Positions 1 to 14,012 are shown, counted from the stretch's first letter. The stretch is 64,000 bases of DNA from Okamejei kenojei (GCA_035221665.1 CM069132.1:10664001-10728000); one strand, 5' to 3'. Translations and numbers: made by a program. Notes: generated from the letters alone by a model not told the origin.

Positions 1-1298
1 TTCATCCTCTCTCACATCTGGAACTGCAGGCACTTAATTGTTCCAACCTCCGTATTCCAAATAAGCACTTAAGAAATCATTTAAAGGAAAGCCTTCCAAA
101 TTCCCAAATGTACACTAGGATATCACGGTAAAAAAAAAAGCAATAATGAAACATTAATCACTTATTTGTGTGTCGCTTCATATATAAAACAAGAATTGTT
201 TCTTCCTCTTTTGTTCTTGAACTTGCACAGACATCATTGTTTACTATATAGCCACTCACATCTGGTACAACACAAAGCTATAACAAGAACTGGAAGCATT
301 AACATCTCCCACTTGACCTAACAGATTTGTCAGTGTTGCAGACTCGCATGAAAACCGCTCGAGTTTCTCTTCTTTATTTCTCCCCGCGTTTCCCAATGGC
401 CCGTTATGAGATGCATTGCTCTGCTCTGTTGCCCTGAGGGGCTTGCTGTGGTCAGGACCTTCATACAACAAGGCAAGACTTTCGAATTTGGACTAACACT
501 CCCTCTGTGCAGGTTACAGGCTGTAAACTGAACTGAACACGTGAAAGAATCACACAATTGGCAGTGATTCCTTTCTCCATCAATGACCGAGATGGATTAC
601 AATGAACAGCGGCATGGCAGGGTCTATAATCTATCAAGCTCCGCAATTTCCATGGGGTCTTCTCTGTCAGATTTTGAAGAATTACGTAACCAAAAAGTAC
701 ATTGTGATTTAATCGTTTTTTCATGAAGTGTGACAGATTGCATCCAAAAACACAAACAACTATTCTCTAATGGAGGAATATTCAAAATGAGGACACAGAA
801 ATGTTCTAGTTGATGTTTAAATGAATTTCACATTTAAAATTGTCCTCGTGGGACTAGTGTCATATTCCTGAATGCAACAATTTACGCTGAGTTGTACACA
901 TTTGGAGAACATGGATAACCATTTTATAGTTTCATGCGAGACCAATGTGAAGTTGGCAGAATAGATCCCAGGCTGTGGTTGCTGAAAATTACACATGGCG
1001 TCTGGTGAAGAATCACATGGTTAGATCCTCATGACAACGGACCTCTTCAGCTCCCACCTGATTGTCAAACTGTGAGGAAGTCTCTCTGTGTTATTAGCTG
1101 GCGGCCGAGACAGACGGAAGGAGGCAGGTTAAGGCCGGTGAGTCCTTTCTCAAATTACTGAAGGCACTGGTCAGAAATAGAAAAATGCTGCAAAAAACCC
1201 GCTGGAGATTTGGATGTTCTTCCCCTTTGATATTCAGAGGAAAGTGACTTAAAAAAAAGTGACTTATTGCCTTGTATGGCGAAGTTCACATGCTGGGG
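1..1298 (-). other. PARD3: PARD3 3' UTR (end not determined; may run past the window edge)
   Basis: Sequence directly after the stop codon with no recognisable interspersed repeats. One minus-strand AATAAA at 373-378. Confidence 0.7.
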
Positions 1299-1960
<662 letters not shown>

Positions 1961-4039
1961 TTGGAAAAGAGTAGGAAAAACCCCCGGTTAGCTGCTCACG
2001 GAAGAATAGGCGCAAACAAAGCTGGAGTAACTTAGCGGGTCAGACAGGCAGCATCTCTGGAGAGGAGGTATGGGGGGGGGCATGAAGGGTCTCGACCCGA
2101 AACGCCACCCATTCCTCTCAATCCAGAGATCCTGCCAGTCTGACCCGCTGAGTTACTCCAGCTTTTTGGGTCCAGCTGCTCACCTGTTGGAGGGAAAGGT
2201 GCAAAATGCCAAATGGGACACTGTCTAACAACAACATATTCCCACATGGATTCTTGATGAATGCAATTATGCTGTTCCATGCATTTGTTTTTGGCAGATT
2301 AGTGGCAGAAATAAAATCACCAACAATGTTGCTGTTAGCAACACAGGCGTAACATTGCAGCGTAATAGGTTCAAAAGCTGGGACCGTTCTATGGCAACAG
2401 TTATGCAACCTGATGCTGTGGGGAAATATTCGGTGGCACTTCTCGCAGCGGCTGGGATGATAGGATGTCGAACGGCACTGAGCTATAAATGCACTCTCAA
2501 TTATCCTGATTTCTGCCTCCCAGCCAGCAGGTAATGCTCAGCAAAATTCCCATCTCTCGGTAGCTGCACAGTGACAGCCATTATCACGGATGTGGAGAGG
2601 ATGTTTCCACCAGTGGGGGAGACTAGGACCAGAGGCCTAGAGAGCCTCAGAATTAACGACCGTTCTTTTAGGAAGGAGATGAGGAGGAATTTCTTTAGTC
2701 AGAGGGTGGAATTCTTTGCCGCAGAAGGTTGTGGAGGCCAATCAGTGGATATATCTAAGGCAGAGATAGATAGATTCTTGATTGTTACGGGTGTCAGAGG
2801 TTATGGGGAGAAGGCAGGGGAACGGGGATAGGAGGGAGAGATAGATCAGACATGATTGAATGGCGGAGTAGACTTGATGGGGGTGAACGGCCTTAATTCT
2901 ACTCCTACAGTAAATCTGTAGATCATGGCATCCTCTGTAGAAATTCAAGATTACATAAGTTGCTTCGCTTTCTATTAGCAGATGGGTAGAAAGTCTGCTA
3001 AGGAAGCTACAAGTGACTAAAAACAACATAGATTTGACAAGAGGGTGTGGCAAAGTCATTCTCCTTCTGGGTCTTGGTCTAAATTAAACCCAGACTGATA
3101 ATACATAAAGTGGTTTCAATACATCAACAATGAACTGCTTCAGGCCAATTCATAGACGCAGAGATGACATGACAGAAGGCGTAGACATTCAACAGTGAAA
3201 TAAGTGTCATGAAACAATTGCAACTTTTTTCCAAGTAAGACATGTTTGCAATAAATACAGGGGCTTCGCTTTTAATTAAACTGTCAAAATATTTGAGTTC
3301 TCAGTAAGTGGGCTGCACAGTACAGCTTCCTTGCTAAATGACCTTCCGTATAAACCCACTCTGGTTTATTATTATTCTAGATTTTTCTAATTATTCCAAC
3401 AAAAATGTTCCAAATAGCTTCCCAATAACCCGTCTGACCCGGTAAAACAACTGGAAGTTGTTTAAACTGAAATAGATGAATGATCAACATTACATAGACG
3501 ACTGCCAAGAAAGCAGCCTGACAACACACATATGGCTGCAAGCCCTGAATAGCTGGCTACCCCCCCCCCCCCCCCCCCCCCCCCCCCTTTCCAATCCTTC
3601 GTGTGCATTGTTGGGTTAATATGGATACTCCAAAAATACAACTGCCTCCTTATTCAGTTGCATTGTCCTCTCCCACTATTTTTCTCCATGTTACCATTCA
3701 CAGAAAAAATCAGCAATAAAAATGATCCATTTTGCTAAAAATAAAATGAATTGACTAAATTGAGTTGTAGTTTTGGCAAAAAAAAATTAAACCAAAGTAA
3801 CGACCTGCAGCTAGTAAACTCTAATTTCCCCATTCATGAGAAGTATAATTTTACTTTTTCCAACTATTGCGCATTTATTTAACTTCAGAGTCACGTGAGG
3901 TAAGGAACAACTAACCTGAGGTCGGTTTTTCTTTCAGGGACTCTGTGGTACAGAGTAGCCCACCAAGGGGCCGCCTCGAGAGACTGACTGCGGACCGCAG
4001 GAACGCGGGCAGTCAGCAGCGGCAGAACCTCTCTACAGA

Positions 4040-4360
4040 CCCGGAAGTCGGGCAAGCCTGTTGACCCGGCAGGGTCCGGGCTCGGAGACTCGCCGTTCGC
4101 AGGTAGCGACGGCAGAGCAGCAGCCCCGACTCAATGGCACAACCCGCAGGAACACCGCAGACTGGCGGCAACGCTACTGGGAAGTCGGGCAAGCCCGTTG
4201 ACCCGGCAGGGTTCGGGTTCGGAGACTCGCCGTTTGCGGGTAGCAACGGCAGAGCGGCAGCCCGACTTAAAGCCACTACAGCCCGCAGGAATGCCGGACT
4301 GGCGGCACAACAACCCGGAAGTCGGGCAAGCCCGTTGACTCGACAGGGTCCGGGCTCGAT
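4040..4360 (+). repeat. ~138-bp GC-rich tandem repeat (about 2.3 copies) in the DIRS 5'/gag region
   Basis: ggaagtcgggcaagcc(t/c)gttgac recurs at about 4043, 4180 and 4317. Confidence 0.8.
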
Positions 4361-5189
4361 AATCCCGCATGGAGCGGATGGGGAGCACTAGCTCCAACGT
4401 GACCCACTCCAGCAGCTGTCTGGTCACCGTGGGTCTCCTAGCAGACACACGGCAGTACCCTTTACAGAGCTGCCAAATGCTCACCCTCTTCGCAGGGGAG
4501 CATAAGGAGTCGGGTCTGGGCTGACTCTGAAGAGGGGGTGTTGGCAGAAGAACACAACATGCTAGGGGGGCAAGAAGAGGAGCTACTCGGGATGGCATCC
4601 AAGTTGCAATGCCCTCACAAAAGGGGCTACCATTGTCAGCAGGCAGCCAGTATAAATTACTCAACAACTCATCTAGTTCCAGGAATCTGTATTTTCCCTC
4701 AGTGCCTGCGGTAAATCCTCAAACAACTGGCCTCGGGTATTACAGCTTTGCCAGGTCAGTAGACGGAAGATATGTCAGAGGAGCAACAGGAAGCTCTGGC
4801 ACTCTCCTGTATGGTCAATTGAGATCAACTACTTCAGGAAGAATGCCATCCGGCCTACGCTAAACCTCAGGTTCGCGGGGTTGTGTAGAACCAGCCGCCT
4901 ACTCTGTTTCAGGGACAACCTGCCCAAACAGGTAAAAGACCTCGACAAAGACAATAGCCGTCGGCATGATTAAGGTGCCGGCCGCTACCAGGTCCTCACA
5001 TATTGGGCGGCAGCACCCTTACGCATCCACCAGCAGGCTGCGTTATCACACTGGAAGAAAAGCTGGTGAAAGCTCGAAGGCCATACCACCTACACAAAGA
5101 TCTTTTTCAGGCCATGTCCCAGAACGGCCTTCCTGGAAGATGCGCCAACCCCACACCACAACGCCTCCACCTCCCACTACTACTAAGAA

Positions 5190-6190
5190 CCAATAGACAA
5201 AGATCACCGCAGATATTTGAAATTTATCTGGATGGGAGCTCTGGCAGTATAAAGCGCTGCCTAATGGATTAACATCAGCCCCAGACTGTTTCCAAAAATA
5301 TTGAAACCAGCTTTGGCGTTTCTTCGGAAACAAAAAACATAAAGTCATGGCATATCTAGATGACATCTTATTGTGGAGATAACCTTGGAATTGGCTAAGT
5401 TGGCTGTCTCAGCCGCCAAGCTCCTATTTCAAAAATCGGGGTTTATTATCCATCCAGACAAATCCAAGTTAAATGCCTTCCGGTGACTATGGATTTGGGA
5501 TTTGCGATTGACTCTGTTCATATGTCTGTCACCTTGCCAAAGGACAAAGCAACAGACTTGATAGAGACATATAACAGCCTTGTTTGCGTCAGTAAACCAT
5601 CTATTCAGCAAATAGCCAGGGTAATTGGGAAACTCATGGCTGCCATTTTCCCAGCCACAAATTTGGACCCTTACATTACCAAAATCTACAAAGGGCCAAA
5701 ACCACAGCACTCAAAACACCATGCTGGCCATTTTGACAGACCAGCCAAAGCAAATTGGAAATTATAGTGGTGGATTAGCAATCTTCGACATTGCTCTAAA
5801 TCCCATCACAGTCACAAACCCTTCGGTTGTGTTACAATCTGGCGCCAGCACTCACGGCTGGGGAGCAACCAATACCACCTCCAGTTGCGGTGGTAGATGG
5901 AATACACATGAGTTAACCTTACTTCAGGGTTCAATCATCTAAAGATGTTGGGAGCGTTGACGGACTCCGGGCTTACTGTTTCAGACATGCATCATCTGCA
6001 TGTTCACCTACAAATTGATAATGCCACCGTGGTGACATACATTAATCATATGGGTGGAATTGTCGATATCTTGTGATGAATTGATCAATACAATCTGGCA
6101 CTGGTGCATAGAAAGAAACATTTGGATATCAACTACTTACCTTCCGGGTAAGCTCAACACAGTGGCGGACACCAGGTCACACAAATTCAA
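5190..6190 (+). pseudogene. DIRS reverse transcriptase / RNase H remnant, frameshifted
   Basis: IDKDHRRYLKFIWMGALWQYKALPNGLTSAP; KVMAYLDDIL; GFIIHPDKSKL; QSGASTHGWGA; IWHWCIERNIWISTTYLPGKLNTVAD. Confidence 0.85.
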
Positions 6191-6194
6191 TGTC

Positions 6195-6545
6195 AACACT
6201 GAATGGATGTTGAACCACCAGTTATTTACTGACATTATAGCTCGGTATGGAATGCCAGATATCGATTGTTTTGCATCAAGACTTAATCACCAGATACCAA
6301 CATATGTTGCATGAGAATCAGACCCCGGGGGCAGTAGCGATGGACACATCTCGCTGCACTGGGGGGGAGGGGTGGGCTGGGGGATTGTTTTTTCTATGCA
6401 TTCCCCCCCCCCCCCCCTTTTCTGCCTCATTAGTCGGGTCTTGCGGAAAATTCAACAAGACTCCGCTTCAAGTATTTTGGGAGTACCCGATTGGCCTACT
6501 CAGCCATGGTACCCTGTGGGACTCGACATGGTCAGAGCCATGGAT
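6195..6545 (+). pseudogene. DIRS methyltransferase-like domain remnant
   Basis: EWMLNHQLF...PDIDCFASRLNHQIPTY...PP(L)FCLISRVLRKIQQD...VPDWPTQPWYP, the pattern of the Dam-like domain of DIRS1 elements. Confidence 0.75.
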
Positions 6546-6654
6546 TCCGATCTACAAACGCCCGAGTTTGTTGGTACACCTGTGACCGAATGAACCCATT
6601 GGGTGTGAGATTTGGAAAAGACCTCTCCTGGAATTTGGGCTGTCGGACCGAACC

Positions 6655-7595
6655 ATGAATATCATTGCGGCATCATGCGGAGAGTCCACCAGGAAACAGT
6701 ACCTCACCCATATCAAAACATGGGAGGTATTTTGTACCAGGACAGGCACAACTTACAACACAGCCACCATCACGGTTGTGCTGGAGTTACTGGTAAGTCT
6801 ACACTTCAATGAAGGCTTGAGTTATAATGCCATCAATTGTGCACAAAGTGCCCTATCCTCATACCTGGGACAGGAGCTAGAACACCATGGAGGAGTATCT
6901 CACCCTCTGGTGTCAAAACTCATGAGGGGATTTTAACACAAATCCCCCAGGCCTAAATATACCCGGACCTTGGATATTGGCATTGTCCTGACCTATTCAG
7001 AGATTTGGCACCACACACATCCCTCTCACTAACACGTATAAAATAGCGATGCTGATGACACTTGTAATGGCACAGCAGGTCCAGTCTCTGCACAAACTAG
7101 ACTGGACACCTTGGTAACATCCCAAAATAAGGTAACCTTTCACATTTATGAGTTACCTAAACAAAACAGTCAAAACAAAACAGACCTCAAAACATTTGAG
7201 GTCATCTGGCCTCAAATTGGAGTCCCTGACTAATCCTGTAGATAGACGCCTATGCATAGTGAACCATCTCCTACATTAGCTGGAGGTCACCAATAGTCTC
7301 ATGGGAATGGACATGGCTCTATTGATAAGTTCAAACATCCTCATCACAGAGTACCGTGCAGACCATATCAAGATGGCTCAGGGTGGTGTTAGGTGCAGCA
7401 GTGGTGGACACTGATATTTTAAATCTCATTCCACCAGGGCTGCAGCTACATCATGCAGCGAGGATGATGGAAGGCCGTATGGGCCACGCCCTTGTAATGG
7501 CGGGTTGGTCTAATGAAACAACTTCCAGCGGTTATAACAAACCTGTGGCCACGCCTGAGATATTTACAGACACTATTTTAAGTTCTGTATTATAA
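6655..7595 (+). pseudogene. DIRS tyrosine recombinase remnant
   Basis: STRKQYLTHIKTWEVFC...LSYNAINCAQSALSS...HPLVSKLMRGF, then TISRWLRVVL and a frameshifted HSTRAA...AGWSNETT...YNKPV C-terminus. Confidence 0.85.
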
Positions 7596-8149
7596 TTTCC
7601 CTGAAATTAGGGGTTATTATTATTATTGTTAAATAATACATTGTTTGTTTTTCAGCACTGTACAAGTCTGAAATACGTTAACATACTTCCTCCGTTGGTT
7701 ATTATGGCAGTGTGTGAGCATGGACTCGTTTCCAGGGCATGAAATCACAGAGCTTTGAAATCTTCACGAAGTCACTCACGTGACTCCGATGTAAAATAGT
7801 AAGATTAAACAAGAACTTACCAGTTCGATGTTTGATCCTTATTTTATGAGGAGTTACGATGAGGGATTTTGTGCCCTCCGCTCCCAATCCTCTTTTATAA
7901 GGTCAACTGGTATGTTAGTTCTCTTATCTTATTATCTTCAGTCAACTCTACTATCTGTGATTTCACACCGCTGCTTTGAAGAATGTCGCGCATGCGTGCT
8001 GGCGGGGTCTTCACGAAATCCCTCCTCGTAACTCCTCATAAAATAAGGATCAAACTTCGAACTGGTAAGTTCTTGTTTAATCTTATTATTAATATTCATT
8101 TATTCAGCATTTTATATTCTTTATTCAAAAGACCATGTATAATGTATAA

Positions 8150-8456
8150 TGCGGCATGGTGGCACAGTGGCAGAGTTCCAGCCTTACAGCGCCGGAGGCC
8201 CCGGTTCGATCCCAAGTACGGGTGTTGTCTGTACGGAGTTTTACGTTCTCCCCTGCGTGGGTTTTCCCCGGGATCTTTGGTTTCCTCCCACACACCAAAG
8301 CTTTACAGTGTTGTAGGTTAATTGACTTGGTATTTAAAAAAAATGTAAATTGTCCCTGATGTAGGATAGTGTTAATGTGCGGGGATCGCTGGTCAGCACT
8401 GACTTGGTGGGCCGAAGTGCCTGTTTCCGCTCTGTATCTCTCAACTAAACTAAACT
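8150..8456 (+). mobile_element. HE1-type tRNA-derived V-SINE
   Basis: A box tggcacagtgg, B box ggttcgatccc, V-domain-like core (gcgtgggttttcccc...tttcctcccaca), CR1-like tail + (CTAAA)n. Confidence 0.88.
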
Positions 8457-8484
8457 ATGTAGGCCTGTCTGCCTAGGACATTTG

Positions 8485-8906
8485 ATAGACACTAAAGGCT
8501 GGAGTAACTCAGCAGGTCAGACGGCATCTCTGGAGAAAAGGAATGGGTGACCTATCGGGTCGAGAACCTCCTTCGGACTGAGAGCCAGGGGAAAGGGAAA
8601 CGAGAGATATAGACTGTGATATAAAGAGATATAGAACAAATTAGGGAAAAATGTGTCTGAATTCGTTCTCAAGTAACAATGACCTGTTTCCTATATTATC
8701 ATTACTTTTTTGCATATCTTTTATTCATTTGTTCTATAACTCTCTACATCGTCATTTCCCTTTCCACAAACTCAGTCTGAAGAAGGGTCTTGACCCAAAT
8801 TGTCGCCCATTCCTTCTCTCCAGAGATGCTGCCTGTCCCGCTGAATTACTCCAGCTTTTTGTGTCCATCTTTGGTTTAAACCAGCATCTGCAGTTCCTCC
8901 CTACAC
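8485..8906. mobile_element. Inverted pair of Penelope-terminal-repeat sequences
   Basis: tagacactaaaggctggagtaactcagc... on the left is complementary to ...gctgaattactccagctttttgtgtcca on the right. Confidence 0.8.
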
Positions 8907-8999
8907 ATTCCGTCTGCCAATTACATTTTTGTGTGGCCTCAGGTATGAAATTAAACAAACAGTCTCTGGCTTTGAAAACACCTCACATTGGTGATCTCA

Positions 9000-9128
<129 letters not shown>

Positions 9129-9689
9129 CTAAAGTAGAATCATAAAAATATATATAATGAGAGGATTTCATGGTGCGGTCTTTTACAATTGTAGACCGAC
9201 TATCTAGCTGTTCCTACTCACCTGTACGACCGAAGATCGGAGAGTACAAACATGCACAGAACTCAAAAGGTCACAGTGCTTCTAGATGTTACTAATTGGT
9301 TTGAATTGTCAGATCTGCTTTTCTAATTTCTGATCTTACCACATTACGATAATAGGAAAGGAATTTCAATTTCCTTAACAGTATTTCATGTCAAACTGTT
9401 GAATCTGGTGTAAGATCTGGTATATGTTTTTCCTTTCCTGGAAATAAATTAAAGATCTTATGCAATAATATCCTGGCATTTAACATGCAATTAAATATCC
9501 TTATATATATATATATTTATGTAGACAGAAATGCTGGAGAAACTCAGCGGGTGAGGCAGCATCTATGGAGCAAAGGAAATAGGCAATGTTTCGGGTCGAA
9601 AACCTTCTTCAGACCCGAACATATATTTATGAAGCATATATATTCAAGTACTTCATAGCCACAAAAACTCAGCAGGTCAGACAGCATCT

Positions 9690-10085
9690 CATAGGTCATA
9701 AGGAATAGGAGGAAAAGGAGGCCGTTCTGCCCATCAAGTCTACTCTGCCATTCAATCATGGCTGATTTATCCCTTTCTCCGAACCCCATTCTCCTGCCTT
9801 CTCCCCATAACCTCTGACACCCGTACTAATCAAGAATCTATCTATCTCTGCCTTAAAAATATCCACTGACTTGACCTCCACAGCCTTCCGTGGAAAAGAA
9901 TTCCACAGATACACTACTCTCTGACTAAATAAGTTTCTCTTCATCTCCTTCCTAAAAGAACGTCCTTTAATTCTGAGGCTATGACCTCTAGTTCTAGACT
10001 CTCCCACTAATTGAAACATCCTCTCCACATCCACTCTATCCAAGTCTTTCACTATTCTGTACGCTGCAATGAGGTCCCCCCTCAT
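9690..10085 (-). mobile_element. CR1 LINE 3' end
   Basis: MRGDLIAAYRIVKDLDRVDVERMF...RTRGHSLRIKG. Related fragments at about 2590-2910(+), 12255-12660(+), 15075-15405(-), 16535-17005(-) and 54490-54685(-). Confidence 0.88.
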
Positions 10086-10804
10086 TCCAAATGAGGACTA
10101 GGTGATGTTTCGGGTCAAGACCCATCTTCTGAAGAAGGGTCTTTTCTTCTGTTGAAGAGATGCTGTCTGACCCGCTGAGTTGCTCCAGTTTTTTCGCGTC
10201 TATCTTCGGATTAAACCAGCATCTGCTGTTCCTTCCTACACATTATGTACTTCATTGTTATTCTAAGCCGACTGAATGGATGACTATTTCCAAGCTGTTG
10301 GTGTTCAAGAGTAAACTTATCGGTATCACAAAATGGAACGTCAGCTTTGAGCCTTGTTGAGAGCATTACTGCAAGAGGAAGTGTGGACTTGCATTGAGGT
10401 GGCCGTTCTCATGAGACGATATTGTACTAACGTTGACAAACATGCTTTTGAAACATAATCCAATAACATTTGCTTCAATAACATTCAGAAATCAGGATAT
10501 TTTTTGTTCTGCTCCCATGTGACACATTCTTTAAAAGAGCGCAAGCATCTGCACAAACATTGTATTTTGCAAGTGAAGCATAATTATGAAAATCATTTCC
10601 AGCTTCCGAGGTCTTGCATTTAGAAACAGCAGGGCATTATAAAACAGAAATAATCTAAGCATGATGGCCATGAACTTGAGAGACTGTCAAAGTTCTAGTA
10701 ATGAATAGGGTCAGGACGTGAGATGGACAGAGGTACTTTTACAAGTAGTAAGAGTCAAGAGTGTTTTATTGTCATATGTCCCGGATGGTACCATTAAATT
10801 CTTA

Positions 10805-11102
10805 AGCCCCTGTCCCACGTTCCGGAGTTCCTCGGGTATTCTCCCGAGTTTTCCCCTTGATTCAAAGTCTGAGATGCCATCCGTACGTACTCGGGGCTAT
10901 TTTTTTCACTCGTGGACATTTTTCAACATGCTGAAAAAAAGTCCCGACTTACCTGATGCCCCGAGTACCTACGGCTGGCATTACGAGCCGCTACGAAATA
11001 TCTACGGACTCCTACGGACTGGCTACGGACATTCTCCGAGTTTGAATCAAGGGGAAAACTCGGGAGAATTTGTGAGTAACTCGGGAAAGTGGGACAGGGG
11101 CT
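10805..11102. mobile_element. MITE with (A)AGCCCCTGTCCCAC terminal inverted repeats
   Basis: TIRs plus long subterminal inverted arms (ttctcccgagttttccccttgattcaaa); flanked by TTA on both sides; nested in a LINE tail. Confidence 0.85.
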
Positions 11103-11204
11103 TTACTTACAGCGCAACACAATATGTGAATATGTAAACATAGTACATAACGGGGGGAAGAGAAAAAAAAAAGTTCAATAAATAACAAATAACAATAATA
11201 ATAT

Positions 11205-11820
11205 GTTAAAGAAGGAACTGCAGATGCTGGAGAATCGAGGGTTACACAAAAAAGGCTGGAGAAACTCAGCGGGTGCAGCAGCATCTAAGGAGCGAAGGAG
11301 ATAGGCGACGTTTCGGTTCGAGACCCTTCTTCAGACTGGTCAGGGATCAGGGAAACGAGAGATATAGACGGTGATGTGGAGACATAAAGAACAATGAATG
11401 TCTTTGTTCTTGCAAAAAAGTATCGATGATAAAGGGAACAAGCCATTGTAAGCTGTTTGTAGTGTGAAAATGAGAAGCTAGTGCGACTAGGGTGGGGGAG
11501 AGATAGAGAGAGAGGGAATGCCAGGGCCCGAGGGCTGAGGGAGAGGTGGGAAGGGGAGGAGACAGCAAGGGTTAACAGAATTGAGAAAATTCAATGTTCA
11601 AGCCCAGAGGATGCAGACTCCCCAAGCGGAATATGAGGTGCTGTTCCTCCAACTTGCGGTGTTGCTCGTTCCGGCCGTGGAGGAGGCCCAGGACCGAGAG
11701 GTCGGATACGGAATGGGAGGGGGAGTTGAAGTGCTGAGCCACCGGGAGGTCGGGTTGGTTAATGCGGACCGAGCGGAGGTGTTCGGCGAAACGATCGCCA
11801 AGCCTCCGCTTGGTCTCACA
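11205..11820 (-). mobile_element. Penelope-like retroelement 3' fragment (GIY-YIG C-terminal half + terminal repeat)
   Basis: Minus-strand frame reads ETKRRLGDRFAEHLRSVRINQPDLPVAQHFNSPSHS...EEQHLIFRLGSL, followed by the ctgaagaagggtctcgaaccgaaacgtcgcc repeat. Confidence 0.85.
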
Positions 11821-13490
11821 ATAATAATATAGTCTTTTGCAGTTCAGAACTCATTCGTTGTTGTGTTTAATAACCTGATGACTGTAGGAAGAAGCTGAGC
11901 CTGAACCTGGACGTTACAGTTTTCAGGTTCCTGTACCTTCTTCCTGATGGCAATGGTGAAACGAGTGTGTGGCCAGGATGGTGTGGGTCTTTGATGATTT
12001 TGGCTGCCTTTTTAGAGGCAGCGACTTCGATATCTTTTTGAGACAACGACTTTGTAGCTTTACAAAGAAAGATAAAAGCAGGACCCAGGAATGGAAGGAG
12101 TGGGAAGGAGATTAATCTCTTTTCATAGCACTATTCTACAAGCATAAATCTAAATGTGAATGCACCTTTGACCTCAAGCTGGGGTTTCGGAACCCTCATC
12201 AGTTTCAAACTCATCATTGGACTTGGGAAACTGGGTCTCTGCTCGTCCCTGTGGATGTGGAAAGGATGTTTCCACTAGTGGGAGAGTCCAGGACTAGAGG
12301 TCGTAGCATCAGATTTAAATGACGTTCTTTTAGGAAGGAGATGAGGAGGAATTTCTTCAATCAGAGGGTGGTGAATCTGTGGAATTCTTTGCCACGGAAG
12401 GCTGTGGGGGCCAAGTCAGTGGATATTTTTAAGGCAGAGATAGATAGATTCATGATTCATGTCAGAGATTATGGGGCGAAGGCAGGAGAAAGCCCATCCC
12501 ATGTCCCATAGATAGATTCATGATTCATGTCAGAGGTTATGGGGAGAAAGCAGGAGAATGAGGTGAGGAGGGAGAGATAGGTCAGCCATGATTGAATGGC
12601 GAATTAGACTTGATGGGCCGAATGGCCTAATTCTACTCCTATCACTTATGACCTTATGACGTGTGCAACTGGAATCTTGACTTCCTCAACAGCAGGGTGG
12701 CAACAACACTCCTCCTTGTGACATCAACACGGGGGCACCTCAGGTCTGCGTGCCTCGCTCCCCTGATCTACCTCTCTCTCCAGAGATGCTGCCTGTCCCG
12801 CTGAGTTACTATAGCATTCTGTGTCCATCTGCCCTCTCAATACCCGTTTTACGGTTCACATCCAGTGACTACACTTGCATGCGAATATATATTGACCTTG
12901 AAGAGCACAAAGTCAGAAAATTTGTGAAAACAAATCAAATTTATAAACCTTGAGACAGGAAGAGATATATGGCACAAACAATTATTTGTTTGGGTCAGGG
13001 TATGACAATTATCCAATTTCATGCAAACCTGAAGGTACTTTTATTAAGCAATTACTTTAATCCATTTACCGTATTCTAAATGAATAAAAGATTATTACAT
13101 GGAAGTTCATTCAGCCTATTGACTGTGTGCCATTGTTAACTCTTCAATTGAGCTCGCTATTCTAACCTCATTTCCCTGCCATTTCCAGTTTCTATACATA
13201 TTCTTCCTTTTTCAAGTACTTAGCCAATTCATTTTTCTAAATTAGACTTTAGTCCTGCATCAAAAACCACATTCCGTGGTATAAAAACCTGTGTGAAAAG
13301 AAAATGCACCAAAGTCACTTTTGATCTTCTTGTAATGTTAATCCCGATTCTGTGGTCCTTTGTTACTGAACTACCAAAGTCGCTGAGGAAATGATCTTTC
13401 ATTTTTGGAACTTACCACAACTTGTCATAATTCCAAAAGAGTCATATTACATCCCCTCTTTAACTTTTCCTGTTCCAATCAAAACAAAAT

Positions 13491-14012
13491 ACTTGCACCT
13501 CCTCCAACCTCGTCTACTGTATCCGTTGTTCCAAGATGTGGACTCTTATACATCGGCGAGACCGAACGTAGACTGGGCGATCGTTTTAGCTGAACATCTT
13601 CGCTCAGCCCGCCTGAACCTAACTGATCTCCCGGTTGCTAAACACTTTAATTCCCCCTCCCATTCCCATTCTGACCTTTCCGTCCTAGGCGTCTTCCATT
13701 GTCAGAGTGATGCTAAATGCAAATTGGAGGAACAGCTTCAAGTAACCTCTCTCTCTTTCCCTCTCTCTCTATCCCTCCCCCACCCAAATCGCACCAGCTT
13801 CTTGTTTTCATCCAACAAACAGCTAACAATGACATGTTTCCTTTATCATTGGTACTTTTTGCATATCTTTCATTCATTTTTCTTTACCTCTCTACGTCTA
13901 TATCTCTCATTTTCCTTTTCCCTAACTAGTCTGAAGAAGGGTCACCCATTCCTTCTCTCCTGAGATGCTGCCTGTCCTGCTGAGTTACTCCAGCTTTTTG
14001 TGTCTATCTTCA
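13491..14012 (+). mobile_element. Penelope-like retroelement 3' fragment (GIY-YIG endonuclease + terminal repeat)
   Basis: Across frameshifts: TCTSSNLVYCIRCS..CGLLYIGETERRLGDRF.EHLRSARLNLTDLPVAKHFNSPSHSHSDL, followed by the agtctgaagaagggtc repeat. Confidence 0.88.

Larger units (their letters stand above)
3880..8090 (+). mobile_element. DIRS1-type tyrosine-recombinase retrotransposon, decayed
   Basis: Ordered gag-like region, RT (YKALPNGLTSAP...YLDDIL), RNase H (ASTHGWGA), methyltransferase-like domain and tyrosine recombinase remnants. Internal complementary region 7775-7869 pairs with the 5' terminus (3882-3899) and the 3' terminus (8016-8090). No TSD. Confidence 0.92.

Noticed and set aside
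4040-4360. Spaced direct repeats resembling an array
   Set aside because: The sequence between the repeated words is itself homologous; this is a tandem repeat inside a eukaryotic DIRS element, not CRISPR.
8150-8230. tRNA-like A/B boxes
   Set aside because: SINE heads continuing into the V-domain-like core and LINE tail; not tRNA genes.
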